Assembly: GCF_009914755.1 (NCBI RefSeq)
Contig: NC_060930.1
Direction: 5' to 3' (one strand)
Origin: the human T2T-CHM13v2.0 reference genome, Homo sapiens
DNA: 64,000 nt
Shown: one piece after another, positions 35,259 to 51,971 of the stretch
Layout of the letters: each line of letters starts with the position of its first letter
Numbering within the stretch: the stretch's first letter is position 1
Notes under the pieces: model-generated
Databases searched by the model: none
Seen by the model: the letters and a program-made list of their open reading frames with translations, nothing else
What the model was told of the DNA's origin: nothing
Program-made: the position numbers and the translations under genes

Positions 35259-35453
35259 CTCCAAAAGCTGCCGTTTCCCCGAGGCTTTCATCCTGATGGT
35301 GGACATTCGCTCGGCTAAGACAGTGAGCGTGGACTGCAAGGCCAGCTGCTCCGCAGGGTCGGCCTCACAAGACTCGGATACCAGCTCCTCTGCGAGAGAG
35401 GACTGGAGCTCATTGATTTCATCCTGGAGCATGAGAATCTCATCCATCAATGC
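35259..35453 (-). CDS. SYNE1: SYNE1 coding exon (~96), 195 nt, ALMDEILMLQ...RQLLE
   Basis: ctccag|GCA acceptor, GAG|gtaacc donor. Confidence 0.95.
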
Positions 35454-35740
35454 CTGGAGGAAAGACTGTGGAATCACACTCATGTATTCATTTCTTCACT
35501 GAGGGATCATTAGCACTAGCTGAGTCTCACATCCATTGGGATTAGCGGAAGAGATTTCACCTGGGAATCATTAATCAATCAACAAATAGCAGCCTACTCA
35601 CCTACATTTCTAAATGAAAGGCCAGGACTTTTCTGATTTTATGTATGTATCACTAACCAAAGTGAGTTTGAACAACTTAATTAATCTTTCTAGTTTTCAA
35701 TAGGATCATCTGTAATACAAGGATCATCTGTAATACCAAC

Positions 35741-35891
35741 TTATTTTTTATTTTTTAGAGACAGAGTCTCACTCTGTCACTCAGGCTGGAGTGCAGTGGT
35801 ATGATCACAGCTCACTGTAATCTTGAACTCCTGGGCTCAAGCGGCCCTCCTGCTTGAAGCTGGGACTGGTGTGTGCTACCACACCTGGTAA

Positions 35892-35924
<33 letters not shown>

Positions 35925-36020
35925 TGTAAAGACAGGATCATGCTATGTTGCCCAGGCTGGTCTCAAACTCCTGGCCTCAGGGAATCCTCCAGCCTGGATC
36001 ACAGGCATGAGCCACCACAT
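35741..36020 (-). mobile_element. Alu (J-like, internally deleted)
   Basis: Alu body with gaps. Confidence 0.8.
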
Positions 36021-36239
36021 TTCTCAATCATTTCTAAGAGTCTCCAATACAACGTTGAAAATAAAATGTATTACTTTCTTCCTCAACATGATTTTCCCAC
36101 ATTAACCTGTTGCTTTCCCCAAATCTGAAACAGCATTGAACTCTAGTCCAAAACTCACATGGTTTCTCACAGGATGGGAGAAACCTGTAACCTATTTCTA
36201 TGTCGTCACACTACTCATTTTTCTCATTTACCAAACTCT

Positions 36240-37150
36240 AAAAAATAAGGGTCTCTCCCGGGTGATGTCTTCCATTCCCAAGATTTCAAATGCTTTCTAA
36301 TCCTGAGCACTTCCAAAGGTACATCCCTAACCCAGACACATGCCCTAAGTTTCAGGCTGTGTATTCAACTTACCTAGTTCACGGGTGTCTGCATAGTGTT
36401 AAGTCTAATCCTGCTTCCCCGCCTGTCTTCCACCACCTCTCATTATGGCTCAAGCTGGAGACTTGGGAATCACTCTTCACACCTTCCTCTCCTTCACTCA
36501 CCAGATCCAAACCATCACCCAGTCCAATGGCTTTTATCTCAAAAATATATCTTGTATATCTGAATATCCCCACTGCCCCCACCTGAAGCCAAAGTCAACT
36601 TCCTCTCTCGACTGAGTTGCTATATAATGGTCTACTAATGAGTCTATCTGCTTACACTCTTGTTGCTCCAGTCCAGTCTATATGAAGCAATTACAGCAAC
36701 CTTTTGAAAATATCAATTAGGTCCTCTCACTCCCCTGCTTTGAAATATGTACTGGATTCTTGCTGTGAAATAAATCAAACTTGTTACTACACTCGTGTAG
36801 TCTCACTCTTCCTGCCTCGTGTGCCACACTCCCTTCTTGCTCACCATACTCCAGCCTTCTTCAGCCACTCCAGGGCCCCACTTCAGTCACTTCCTGGCTT
36901 CAGGGCCTTTGAACATGCTGTTCCCTCAACACGAAAAACTCTTCCCGCTCTGTGTGAGATGGCTCTATTCATCCTTTGCTCTTAGGTTAATTGTCATATC
37001 TTCAGAGAGGCCTTTCATGACCACCCAATCCTAAGAAAATCTCCATCATTCTCTCTCATAGCACCCTGTTTTCCTGTCTATCATAATTATACTTGATTTT
37101 ATTTCTCTTTTTTGGAGTATTTTATGACTTGCTCTTTAGATGGAATCTTC
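36240..37150 (+). mobile_element. L2 fragment
   Basis: Typical L2 3' text (TCAGGGCCTTTGAACATGCTGTTCCCTC...TCAGAGAGGCCTTTC); approximate. Confidence 0.6.
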
Positions 37151-37419
37151 ACAGGAGAAATTGTTATTTAGGATTTCAATGAAGTTGGAAAAACAGGCTC
37201 TATCACCAGAGCGGCAACTATGATTTCAAGTAAAGTAACATAGGCTTTATATTTGCCAGCATTTCATAGTTTCCAATGTGCCCTTATTTGCATAATTCCT
37301 ATCTTTTCCACAGGACTGGAGGCTTCACTGTAAGTGCAGTGCCTCCTCAGAGTGGGCTCTCACAATGTTAAACAGCAAAAACCCCTTATCTTTTCCTAAT
37401 ATCAAATATCATCATGACA

Positions 37420-40232
<2,813 letters not shown>

Positions 40233-40254
40233 TAGCAGCCAGGCTCAGGGGGGG

Positions 40255-40404
40255 CGTGAGATTTTCTTTTGGGGTCATAAAAATGTTTTGGAACCAGAGA
40301 GAGACAGTGGTTGTACAGCATTGTGAATGTACTAATACCACTAAATTGTACAATTTAAAATGGTTAATTTTATGCTATGTGAATTTCACCTCAATTAAAA
40401 AAAA
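40255..40404 (+). mobile_element. Old L1 (L1MB-type) 3' end
   Basis: GTGAATGTACTAATACCACT...TTTAAAATGGTTAATTTTATG...GTGAATTTCACCTCAATTAAAAAAAA. Confidence 0.75.
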
Positions 40405-40679
40405 TTTAGCCATCAAATATGTCTTCAGTCCCATAACTCTGAGTATAAGAGCTGGTGGCCAGCAGCTACCCGACAATATATGATTCAAGATAAGGAGAAA
40501 GAGATGAAATGCATGCTTTTGGGTTTCTGATTTGTAATTGCAAACTTGGCATGTGTATGACACTTACATAGCTTAGAGAAGTTCCATGAGCTTCTCTAAC
40601 ATAAAAACTCTTTAATAGTAAGGGTGAAAAGAAACACGGACCTTATGTGACCTTCAGAACTGTCTACATGAACACAAGT

Positions 40680-41314
<635 letters not shown>

Positions 41315-41555
41315 GACCACAGTTCTTCTCACATTCTATTTTAGTTGTTACATATATGAAAAAACAAAACAAAACAAAATAACCACAGACCTCTGTGCGC
41401 TATATATCACTGAGCTTTGTGTGGCAACACATGTCCCTAAAGCATCAGATGCCCATGATAATAAGGTCGCAATGACAGAGGGCTTAACAGTCAGTACAAC
41501 AGCCACAAGTCAGCTCATGAACTGCATTCAAACCTTAAAATGAAATCTGTAAGAC

Positions 41556-41844
41556 AGCCAAGCATGGTGGCTCACACCTGTAATCCCAGCACTTTGGGAG
41601 GCCGAGGTAAGTGGATCACCTGAGGTCAGGAGTTCGAGACCAGCCTGGCCAACATGGTGAAACCTCATCTCTACTAAAAATACAAAAATTAGTCCAGCGT
41701 GGTGGCAAGCACCTGTAATTCCAGCTACTCGGGAGGCTGAGGCAGGAGAATCACTTGAACCTGGGAGGTGAGGTTGCAGTGAGCCAAGATCACGTCACTA
41801 CATTCCAGCCTGGGCAACAGACTGAGACTCTGTCTCAAAAAAAA
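41556..41844 (+). mobile_element. Alu (S-like)
   Basis: Alu body, TSD GAAATCTRTAAGACA. Confidence 0.9.
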
Positions 41845-42335
41845 GAAATCTATAAGACAATTTAGAGAGGATAACCAGAAAGGCACAGCATTCCACACAA
41901 ATTCAGTAGTTTAGACAAGTGTTTAAAGGAAAAATGTAGGAATTAGGTTACCTCCTTAAAAAAACATGAATACTTCCAAGAGAGTGTTGGGAAAGAAATA
42001 AAAACTAAAGTATTTCTATTAATTTTTAGGAAATATAAAAAACCATACTGGACTTCCTCACACCCATTCAGTTGAAATTTAGAAATAGTAATTCTATAAC
42101 AGTGCTTGACATTTTTAAAGTACCATTCCTGAAGCTAAGAACAAATTTAGATACTGTGATACCACCAGCTTTTCATGTGGGCAGCTGTGTTCCAGAACTT
42201 GTAGAACTTCTGGCACAGACAGCAAAAGGTAGCAAAAATAGCTCAGATGAAATATGTGATGATACATGAAATTATATACTAAATTCTACATTATTGCTAT
42301 TTTCTTTCCCTCTCATTAGAACATTAATATGTTCT

Positions 42336-42488
42336 AATTATATTAATATGATATATTAATATATACAATTATATTAATATGATATATTAATATATACAAT
42401 TATATTAATATGATATATTAATATATACAATTATATTAATATGATATATTAATATATGCAATTATATTAATATGATATATTAATATAT
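42336..42488. repeat. AT-rich minisatellite, 31-bp unit x ~5
   Basis: AATTATATTAATATGATATATTAATATATAC repeated nearly perfectly. Confidence 0.9.
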
Positions 42489-44775
42489 TTTCTCTCTTAA
42501 TAAACCATTAAGCCCCAATGACTGGTCATCTTCACTAAATTAGCTGTACCTCCTTACTGCTGTGATGGCTAGTACGACTACTACCAACTTAGAAAGGGAA
42601 AAAAAGTCATGTGGTTGGCCTTAATGACAAGAAAAGTCACAGATTCACTTCTAATTTATAATTATCAGAATTAATGTGCAATTTTGAGTTGTCTCCATTA
42701 AATCCCTTGAACAGAATCATCATTTTGCTCCACATTCAGTTTATGTGTGTTTCCATCCTAATGCCTGAGCAACAGGGTGGTGGTGCTGATTGGAAGCTAA
42801 CTTGCATTTTCATGTACGAACTCTGGAAGGGCAGAGCAGGCCACCAGTATCCTGTTTTCATGCAGCTCCTAACTATTGTGGGAGCCAGTGATGGGTCTTT
42901 GGCAATTGTGGGCAGCCTCCTGGGCCACAAGAATGGGGGCTTGAACAAAGGTGGAGATGTCCTGAAGCTGGAGAGAGGGTCAAACTACTTAAACTTTCTG
43001 CAACATCGTCATCTGATAATCTGAGTGAGTGACTCTCAAATGCACTCTAATCCAGCCCTTGCATAATTTACACTATATTCCTTCTGAATGCTTAAAGAAC
43101 GGGGCCTCCTACAGAACAGCCATCGAGGTTGGCCTGAGGAGCACATACTCAACCTGAAGGAAGCTCTCTGGCTCCTTCCAGTACAGTGAAGCAGAGGTGC
43201 AGGGAACAGCTGGACAGACAGAACCGCAGGAGCAAGGAAGACCTAGGAGCCACAGGGAGCACACTGGAGCAACAGGGACACCCCTTCAGATCAGAAAGAG
43301 GTGGCCGCTGGCAACAGAAAACTGAAGTAGCAGCTAAAGAGAACTGGGAGACACTGAGGCCCCTTTAGAAAGGAGAGGGGTTTGGGAGACTAGCAGTCTA
43401 GTGATAAAATGGGGGAAGCTCAGAAGTAAATGGCATTGGAATAGTCCCCCAAGCCCCTGACCATCCTCCTGATTGGTCTGGTCTTGGATAACAAGGGTTA
43501 ATTCTCATTTCGTGCTTTCATAGCATCCTCTGCAAATGTGGCTAAGGGTGGGTGACTGTGGGATAGCAGAAAGACCTACAGAAGGTAGTTTTTTACCAAA
43601 ATAAGGCCTAAAAATGGACGCTATGCACTTCGATCTCTATCTTCAGAAGTCACAAGAGTGTAAAAAACCTGAAACCACTATTTCTCAATATGCTGTCTCT
43701 AGATGAAATGTTCTCATTTTTATGTTATACTGAAAGATATATACTGCAAAAGAATGCAACTTTATCTGACTACACATATGAACAGGCAGTCTATTCCAAG
43801 GTTATCCTGCTTCCAAAACTAGAAAGATGTAAAGTAGAAGAAAGACAAAGTACAACGTTTCACTCCTAAAGCTGTTAAGTTACCCTGTGTTGATAAACAT
43901 GCTTACCATGCCATGCTTTCATAGCTCTTAATTAACATCTAAAAATATCTTTCTTTCCTCCTGCCTTCTGAAGGATTGTCACATGCTCCTGGGTTCTTGT
44001 CCCAGCCAGGCAGCATTTTCCTACCTCACGGTGATGAATATGTAGGAGAATGTGTGCCTCAGTATCCTTAGACCCCAGTTATACAAAATAAATATAATTT
44101 TAACAGCGTACCTCATTAGACTGCTAAAGTATTAACCAGACTTTAATTTCTGAACATTTCTTAGCATGCATTTTAAATTGACACATTTTTAACATTATCT
44201 TTCTGCATTAGATTAATGTAATGATTTCTGTTTTTCATGTAAAGCTAATATTTTGCCTAGTTTAACCTTTTAAAAAATGATTTAAGTCAGGGACAATCAC
44301 AAGATGAGACTTAGAACTTATGAAGTCTGAGATGTATTTTCTGAAGTGATAATGGAGGGGCACCCCCTGGCTAAGTTTCTTAAAACAACAATATCGAGAA
44401 AAGGTAGATTTGGAGTATATTTTATTCTTACAACAATGGCTCACAACAAAATCAAAATAACTTGGCAACTCTAAGGAAACACATTTTGTGTAATCAAAGT
44501 TAAAAAGCAACATAAATGCATGTAGCTTTCTTTAATTAGATTCAAGGTCTGCATGTCTCTCTCTCTCTCCCTCTCTCTCTTTTTCTCAGATCCCTCCCTG
44601 AATCAGTAGTAGAAATGACCACCATTAGGACCCTTGTTTACTCTGGAAGAACTGATAAGGTTAAAAAATTTTTAAAAAGTCACCTGGCTGTCTCAAACAC
44701 ATGCCTGACAGGCCAACCAGTCACAACAGTGCCTTATTCAATCAAGTAGGAAACTGAAGTCATGGCTATTTGTAC

Positions 44776-44937
44776 CTGATGTTCAGCCATCTGGCTTTCT
44801 GGACTCCTGCCAGGCTCTGGGCTCTCACTGAGTTTCAGCTCAATGGCCTCCATCTTCGTAGAGATGGACTGGAGGGAGTCCTGGTACTTCTGCTGGCGTT
44901 CCAAAGCTTCATAGAGTGTGCGCTGCTTCTCACTGAT
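44776..44937 (-). CDS. SYNE1: SYNE1 coding exon (~95), 162 nt, ISEKQRTLYE...MAEHQ
   Basis: gtgtag|ATC acceptor, CAG|gtacaa donor, open frame. Confidence 0.94.
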
Positions 44938-45147
44938 CTACACCAGAAAAGGGATATTACCAAATGCTTCCCAGCCCCTTATCTTTCAGATTACAACATT
45001 TCTTTCTTCAGTGCTTTACCTCTGTGGCCCAACATAGGGTACTCAACTGTGGACTGGATATGTAAACTCTCTGCATGTATTTCATAAGACAATCGCTAAG
45101 GTTACTGGTGTCTGGTGGGCATAAACTAGTCCACCTTGAAGACTTAC

Positions 45148-45315
45148 CACATTCTTTAAGGTTTCCCAAGAACGCTGCAAATCACCCAGTTTGGCAGTAG
45201 CGGATGGCTCCAATCCCGGTTCATAGAACTCCTGGGATGCGGATGTGCTGGGGTGAATTTTTGCAGCATCTGTCTGCAACCTCTCAGCAGACAAGGCTTG
45301 GTAATATGCAATGTC
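45148..45315 (-). CDS. SYNE1: SYNE1 coding exon (~94), 168 nt, DIAYYQALSA...ETLKNV
   Basis: tcacag|GAC acceptor, GTG|gtaagt donor. Confidence 0.95.
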
Positions 45316-46785
45316 CTGTGAGTGCAAAGCACAGTATTGAATTAAACAAAAAGACAAAGTCTAGATTAATATGCTCTGGGTACTGTTGGTCATGTCAAGG
45401 AAAGGTTTCAGATCTACACCTTTCATGGGGCACTACAAACTAGTAAATTAGTAAACTCTTGTGACAAGAAAAATGTAAAGACTGTATCAAAGCACACTGT
45501 AATTGTTTCAGAATTTTGGTTTATATATATCAAAAAACAACTTTACCAATATTTCAAGTTGCCAAAACTCAATCTTATTCTATGTTTGTTAAATGGAAAT
45601 ACAAAGGATTTAAGCAGTACACATGTATTTAAAGGTTGATTAGAATAGCAAAAAAAGAGAATCTTAATGATCTAGTTCCTAAAATGTTGTCGAATGTATT
45701 CATTAAAGTTTTAAATAATTTAAAAACTACTTGACTTAAATAAAATTAAATCTACAGATGCAGCCAGATCTTCACTATCTGTGGGTTCATCATTTGCTGA
45801 ATTAATTTAAATATTTTGATATTAAATAAGAAAAATGTAATGGGGAAGTTACCACTACTCTAAGAAACAAATAATATAAAGGTTTTCTATGCATTTCCTA
45901 AAAGTATACACACAAAAAAAACAAAGTGAATGATGAAATATCATGCTTTCAAATTTTTTAAACCTATTATAACATTACATATTTTATTTGTACTGATAAA
46001 ATTTACTATATCAAGAGATATAGTAAAGATATATCAAGAGATATAGTAAAGATGGTTTTTAACTGTTTCTATGGTTATTTATCTGTATTTCAGTAGAAAT
46101 TTAATTGGGGGAGTAATTGCTATTATAAAGTTCATTGCTTTTGCAGTTGTACTGTTGAAGGGAATTATGTCAGCTTAAAATACCTGAGTCTTATTGAGAA
46201 TCATGTATTGGTAAAAAGTATTGAAGAAGGCTCCAGCCGTCTGAGAAACAAATGTAGCAGTGTCATGCGGTAGAATGAATTCAGACTGGGACAGCTGAGA
46301 TTCTAGCGAAATTCTCCTCTTGTGTAGCTATATAATTGGAGCAAATAACTTATATCTTGCACACTGGTTCACTCATTGGTCCAATCTTGGGTGGGATTGA
46401 GGATTATATGAAATAATATTTGAGTGACTATGACAGCTTCTACCCATTTTGTTGTTGTTCCTGAGGTCTCCAGATGAGTCCCCAACATTTATTGATGATA
46501 TTGGAACATGGAGACTGCTTCCTCTTTATTCCTAACCCTGTCACTGTCTTGAGTGGATTACTCTTCATGTCCTTAATAGCTTTAGATCCATTGATCCTCA
46601 CTCACTCCCACCCCACTTCAGTCCTCCACACCCTTGTATGCTGTCATCGCTCAGCTGGACTTGTAGTTATGTCTGAAGTTACTTAAACCCCTTTCTTGCC
46701 AAGACTCTTGTTTCTCTTGCTCTTTTAACCTTTACTTCATCCACTTGGAAACCCGCAAACATGACTCAATCCAGAGTCATTTATG

Positions 46786-46856
46786 CATGTGTGTGTGTTA
46801 CTGACACACACACACACACATACACACACAAACACGCACACACACACATACACATG
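46786..46856. repeat. Imperfect (TG)/(CA) microsatellite
   Basis: Direct reading. Confidence 0.8.
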
Positions 46857-47199
46857 CAATCCAAGCTGTCAAGGAGATACTGCAACTTCTCAAATTTTCA
46901 AAAGTCTATGTATATTCACACTCACCCTTATCTTATGCTTTCCAGTTTCACTGCTTAAACCTGACTCTCCCACAGACTCTGAGAATCCCATAAACTGCTT
47001 TTTCAAGGATCTTGGTCTATTAACATCCTCTCTGGCTTTGTTGACTTTCTCTCTTCCATCCAAAAACACCTGCACGCACTGTTTCTTTTATTTGTTTTCT
47101 TGAAGGATATCACATTTTCTAAAAAGTCCACAGTTCACAATGTGACGGATCGTCACACGTGAATGCACTTGCACACACAGGCTCCATCCTAATTTCTTT

Positions 47200-48760
47200 G
47201 TTTTCTCCCTTTCATTTCATAATCCAACTTCTGAAAGGGTGATTTTCATGGGACTTTCTCACCCTCGATCCACTTCTAAATTCCAGTTTGGACTTTGATC
47301 CTGATGACTGCAGAGCTTGCTCTCACCAGCTTCTTCTCTTTGACAAAAAATGATGAATTTTCATCCCTTCCCTTGCCAGACCTCTAGCATTCAATAGCAC
47401 TGACAAACCCTTTCCGGAAACACTTTCTAAAAAATCTCTCTGTTCTCCTCCCAGCTTTCTAGTCATTCACTCTTTCTCTTTTATAGTTTGTTTTCCACTC
47501 ACTCGCCAATATTGGTGAATTGATAAGCTCCAGACTCACATATCCAGATGTTCATGCATATCCTGTAGGCTCTTCAAAGTCAACATTTCCAAAAGGAACC
47601 AATTTAGGAAAAAACAATGAAGTATTATCCATCTTGCAATAAATGGAATGTCTTCTCACCTAAGCTATAAACTTGGGATTTATTCCTGATTTCTCCTCCC
47701 CCTTAACATCCACTGCTTATGGGAGGATGGAGTGCTAACGATGCATATCCTGGCCACAGCCTTGGTTCAAGTTCTCATTACAGTAACAGCTTCCTAACTC
47801 AAAGGTTGCAAACTGGCAGCCTGTGGGCTGCCTCTGACCTGCACATATTTAGTGTGGCTTATACAATGTTTTAAATTGTTTAAAATCTCTCTTCATGAAG
47901 ATAGAGAGATTTCATTAAAATTCACATTCGTAGCTTGTTTTGCAAACCACAAGGTATGGTAACACTGGGCCCTGTGTCTTTGTTAAAGTAATGCTAACAG
48001 AGGAGACATTGCCTCATTTATGTGGAGCAGGAGCTGTCCAGGCCTCTGTAGTCCCTCCTGGCCTCTGTAGTCCCTCCTGGCCTGTTTCTCTCATTTTTAT
48101 CACCAGGGTGGACCAAGCATGAGACTGTGTAACTTCTGTTTCTAACAGCTCCCCTGGCTCTGAATTTGCACACTTCTATTCTCCTGTCCACATTGATCCA
48201 GAAGTATCAGTTCTGTACACAGCTTCTCATTAAATTCCCTCAGTGGTTAAATATTAGCTTCTGGAGGAAGCTGAAATTCCTTCCTGTGGCATTCAGGGCC
48301 TCCATGATGTGGTTCCCATATCCCTCTCAGTCTCATTTCCCCCTCTCCTCCTCCTCCAATGTTTCTCCAATTACACTGAAACTATTTGCAGTTGCCTGGA
48401 TGGGCCATTTTGCTTCCCGCCTCCACAGCTTCCAACAGGTGGTTTCTTCTGCCTGAAAATCTTCATCTCACACGACCCAACTGCACTCCAACTGCCTAAC
48501 TGTGCTCCTCCCTTAAAACTAAAGGGGGCCATCCTTGACCTCTGCCTGACTCCAGCCAGTTTAGGTGCCTTCTCTAGGCCCTCCCACAACACTGTACTGC
48601 CCTCGGCCACACTACCTGCCACCTTCTCTTGTAAGCATTTGCCTGTCCTCACACACACTGTAAGCTCCCTAAGGGCTGTCTGGGTCACTGCTTTTCGTCT
48701 TCATCCTGAGCACATTGTGGAGTGTTTGGCAAATAACAGGCAGGCCTATATGTTCATAAT
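47200..48760 (+). mobile_element. L2 fragments with an inserted old DNA-element piece
   Basis: Pyrimidine-rich L2-like text ending CTGTAAGCTCCCTAAGGGC...TGGCAAATAACAGGC; approximate. Confidence 0.45.
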
Positions 48761-48965
48761 AAATCATGCTTGTAAATGCACTTATATAAATTCTATTATT
48801 TTATATACATGTAAAGTAATACTATTACTGTCCATAAGGAAAAGCAGGAATGCCTTTAAATGGTGTAAACATTTTACATTAGATACTCTATTATAAATAC
48901 AGAAGGCTCCCAAAAGAGCTAGAATAAAATAAATTTATTACAAATAATTTTTTTCTGGCAGTCTC

Positions 48966-48969
<4 letters not shown>

Positions 48970-49020
<51 letters not shown>
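48970..49020. repeat. (TG)~23 microsatellite followed by a short CG run
   Basis: Direct reading. Confidence 0.95.
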
Positions 49021-49021
<1 letters not shown>

Positions 49022-51830
49022 CGTGGCTCATGCCTACAGATATGAATGACAACTCCTGGTTTCTTAAAAGGATTTGAAAATATGTCACCTTTTATAGATG
49101 AATAATTTCTATTTATTTGAGGTACATACATAAATTGAATTAAAATAAATCACTCAGTACTATAAATAACTACTAAAGTCAATACTTGATGTAGTGAGGA
49201 GTCACTGTTACAAATACGTTTCTCATTGCTTATGTGCCTAAGTTATAAGACTTATGAGTAGATTCCTAAGGAAATAAATTTGGACAACTGTAGCTACTAT
49301 TTGATCAGTATTTTCTAGTTTAAAAAGCACTTTCACGATTCATGTCACATTTCATTTTCACAATGCTGTGAATTAAGTAGTATTGCTTCTCACTTACAAA
49401 TGAGGGTATCAAGGGACTTCCCAGGTGCACTCAGCTTAGAGGAGAAAGAGCTGCAACTCAGTGTGAGCTTTTAACTTGAAGGCCAATGATTTTCCCATTA
49501 CACTCTTGCTCCCTCTTTTCAAATGTATTCCTCCCTCAACTCTTCTGCAGAGTCTAAGCCTTGGCTTGCTTCTAAGGGGAATCAAGAAGCCTACAGCAAA
49601 ATCTAGGAATGCCTCGGTATTTCTACCTTCAAGTAAGCTAAACTGTTATTACATTTTAGCTAATAGCTACTGTCAGAGACAGAATACACTGTGAGTGGGA
49701 CCAGGTAGTTATATAACGGAGATCTACTTGCAGGAACAGCAGGCACAAAACCTTTTTTTTTTTTAACAACTGTGATTTTATAAAGCAGTTCTATTTGGCT
49801 GCTCCCTGAAACAGCTGTACACATTCTGTGCACAAAACTCAGGGTTTTTAATCTGAAAACTGAAACTTAAGGGGATCCTACATGTCCTCCTCAGTTTCAA
49901 GAGACAATTTTATAAATCCAGTGCATCACCGGTCATGGTGTCATATTTTTTCATTGTCTTCTAACTGACATTACTATACAAAAATAACATGTGGCCGTAA
50001 TGATGGGGTTGATTTGTTTGATGAACACCAAGCATAATACATTTCCTTTTTAACAGCTCCCTCAGAGTAAAGCTGTGTGTCTTAATCTAAGTAAAGGCAT
50101 TTTCCCCTACTTTGCAGCATCACATGTAAGTATTTTAGATTAACAATGCAATTTAATTGATGTTTTCCTGTGACTAGGGGAGAGGGGAAGAATTAAAACA
50201 AAGCCTAATCTCACTGAGTTTTAGGACCTGATGAAGCTTTGTGGTTAATGTCAAGAAATAATAATAGAAATATTTGCATGTTTCATCATTTTTAGGGCAC
50301 TTTCATGTATCCTTTGACACTTTACAAGAAGTAGCATGGAGATTTACAGTTTTAGAAAAGGTATATTTTTTCCACAAAGTCTCAAATAAGTATTTATTAT
50401 TCAGTTTGAAAAATTTGAGAACCTAAACCATATTAAATAGAACAATTTTTTCTATATAATAATCAGCCGACTATAGCTTAATTTCTGTAATAACATCTGT
50501 AACCATAGGGAAGGACAAATCATCAAAGAATGAGTAATACATATTTTAAAATGAGAATTTGAAAAACACTTTCCCAAATTCCCCACGGCTCCCTGAACTT
50601 CTCCTTTTATGTTGCTGTTTTTAGTTTCCTCTGATCACATTGTTATTATCTGTCCCATGTCTGCCTTTCTCTCTAGACTGTCAGGGCCTTGCAGGTAGGG
50701 CCATGCTGACTCCTTCTCAGCTGCATCCTCAGGAACCAACACAAGGTTTCACGCTGAGCAGGTGTCAGAATGTACTTGACAAATGGATGAGTTGATAATT
50801 TCCCTAGAGCTATCCTGATTTTTACCAAGAGAACAGCGTAAGTGTATTAACTAAAGGTTTCATCACCTTGATGTTCCTTTTTTTTTTTAATGAGGGGGGA
50901 TTCTCTTTATCACAGAAATCCTATGACGGTCTGAATGCTTCTGCTTTAAAATAAAAGTAATATAATTGAATTATAATACAGGTTATAAAACATTTGCTCT
51001 GTTTAATGCTTCTCCCTTAATAATACATATCAACTTCTTTGAAAAAATGTAATTTCATAGAATAGTTTACATTTTTTAGTTGTCTTCACTAAAAAATAAA
51101 GTATTACTTAACATGCATTAAAAGTCTTTGGTTACTATAAAGGCATATTTTTGATTTCTATCTAACATTTGACATAAAAGCTTTTTGACATTTAATTTAG
51201 TATTATCTACATTTAATACATGGTAAAAGGCTTCTTATAACTAAATGGTTATTTTATTTTCCCCATTTTATAGAAAATAAAATTTAAGATTATTGAAAGA
51301 TAAGTTAAACACTCAAATCTAGTAGGCATTCTAGTATAAATATGGCAGACATTCCTTACATTGGTACACAAGTTGCAAATAAAGAAGAAGTCTGACATAA
51401 TAAATGGAAGTTTCCTGTCTTCAAAATCTGAGCTGGTAAATGCCAGCATTATTTTCAATGCATGTTATAAAGCCATCGAATCACGTTATTTTACAATGGT
51501 GACACACATCTTTTATTTTCTGTTGGATGCAGAACCCCATTCCAGATGATTGCTGGAAACTAAGGCCATAATGTCTTAAAACAGAGCCTTCTGGGCTATC
51601 ATTCCCATGACCTAATTTTTGTTCATCCCACTTTCTGTAGCCCAGGAGAGGAGATGACATACTGAGACACATGACAATCATAGTTTGTGCAACTATAACA
51701 CCTAATAGTGTGTCCCTGGAACCAAATGCAACAAAGTCTGAGATTCATACCCACGATCTAATGGAAACAGAGAATGGAGTCCTGCATCTGCCCAGAGATT
51801 ATTGCTAGAGGAATGCCAACTGGGAGGTAC

Positions 51831-51971
51831 CTGGTTAACAGAAGCATCTGTATTAGCCACAGGTGAAGGGGAGCGACAGGCAGGTGGAGAGGAAATCTCA
51901 CTGTTGGTTCCCTCCTCCCCAGACTCCTCAGTGACCGGTGACAGCAAAGTGTGACAGCGACCTGCAGTCAT
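51831..51971 (-). CDS. SYNE1: SYNE1 coding exon (~93), 141 nt, 47-aa Ser/Pro/Glu-rich cassette MTAGRCHTLL...ASVNQ
   Basis: tggcag|ATG acceptor, CAG|gtacct donor, phase 0/0; within ORF 51702..52010. Confidence 0.92.

Noticed and set aside
42760-43600. GC-richer non-Alu stretch that might be an extra exon or LTR
   Set aside because: I found no splice-bounded sense-strand frame fitting SYNE1 and could not assign a repeat family by eye; it needs RepeatMasker.
46007-46053. Small tandem duplications (also ~35700-35737 and ~48041-48083)
   Set aside because: Ordinary 18-23 bp slippage duplications with no functional hint.
48309-48896. 195-aa plus-strand ORF
   Set aside because: It lies in pyrimidine-rich L2-like sequence with no recognisable homology.
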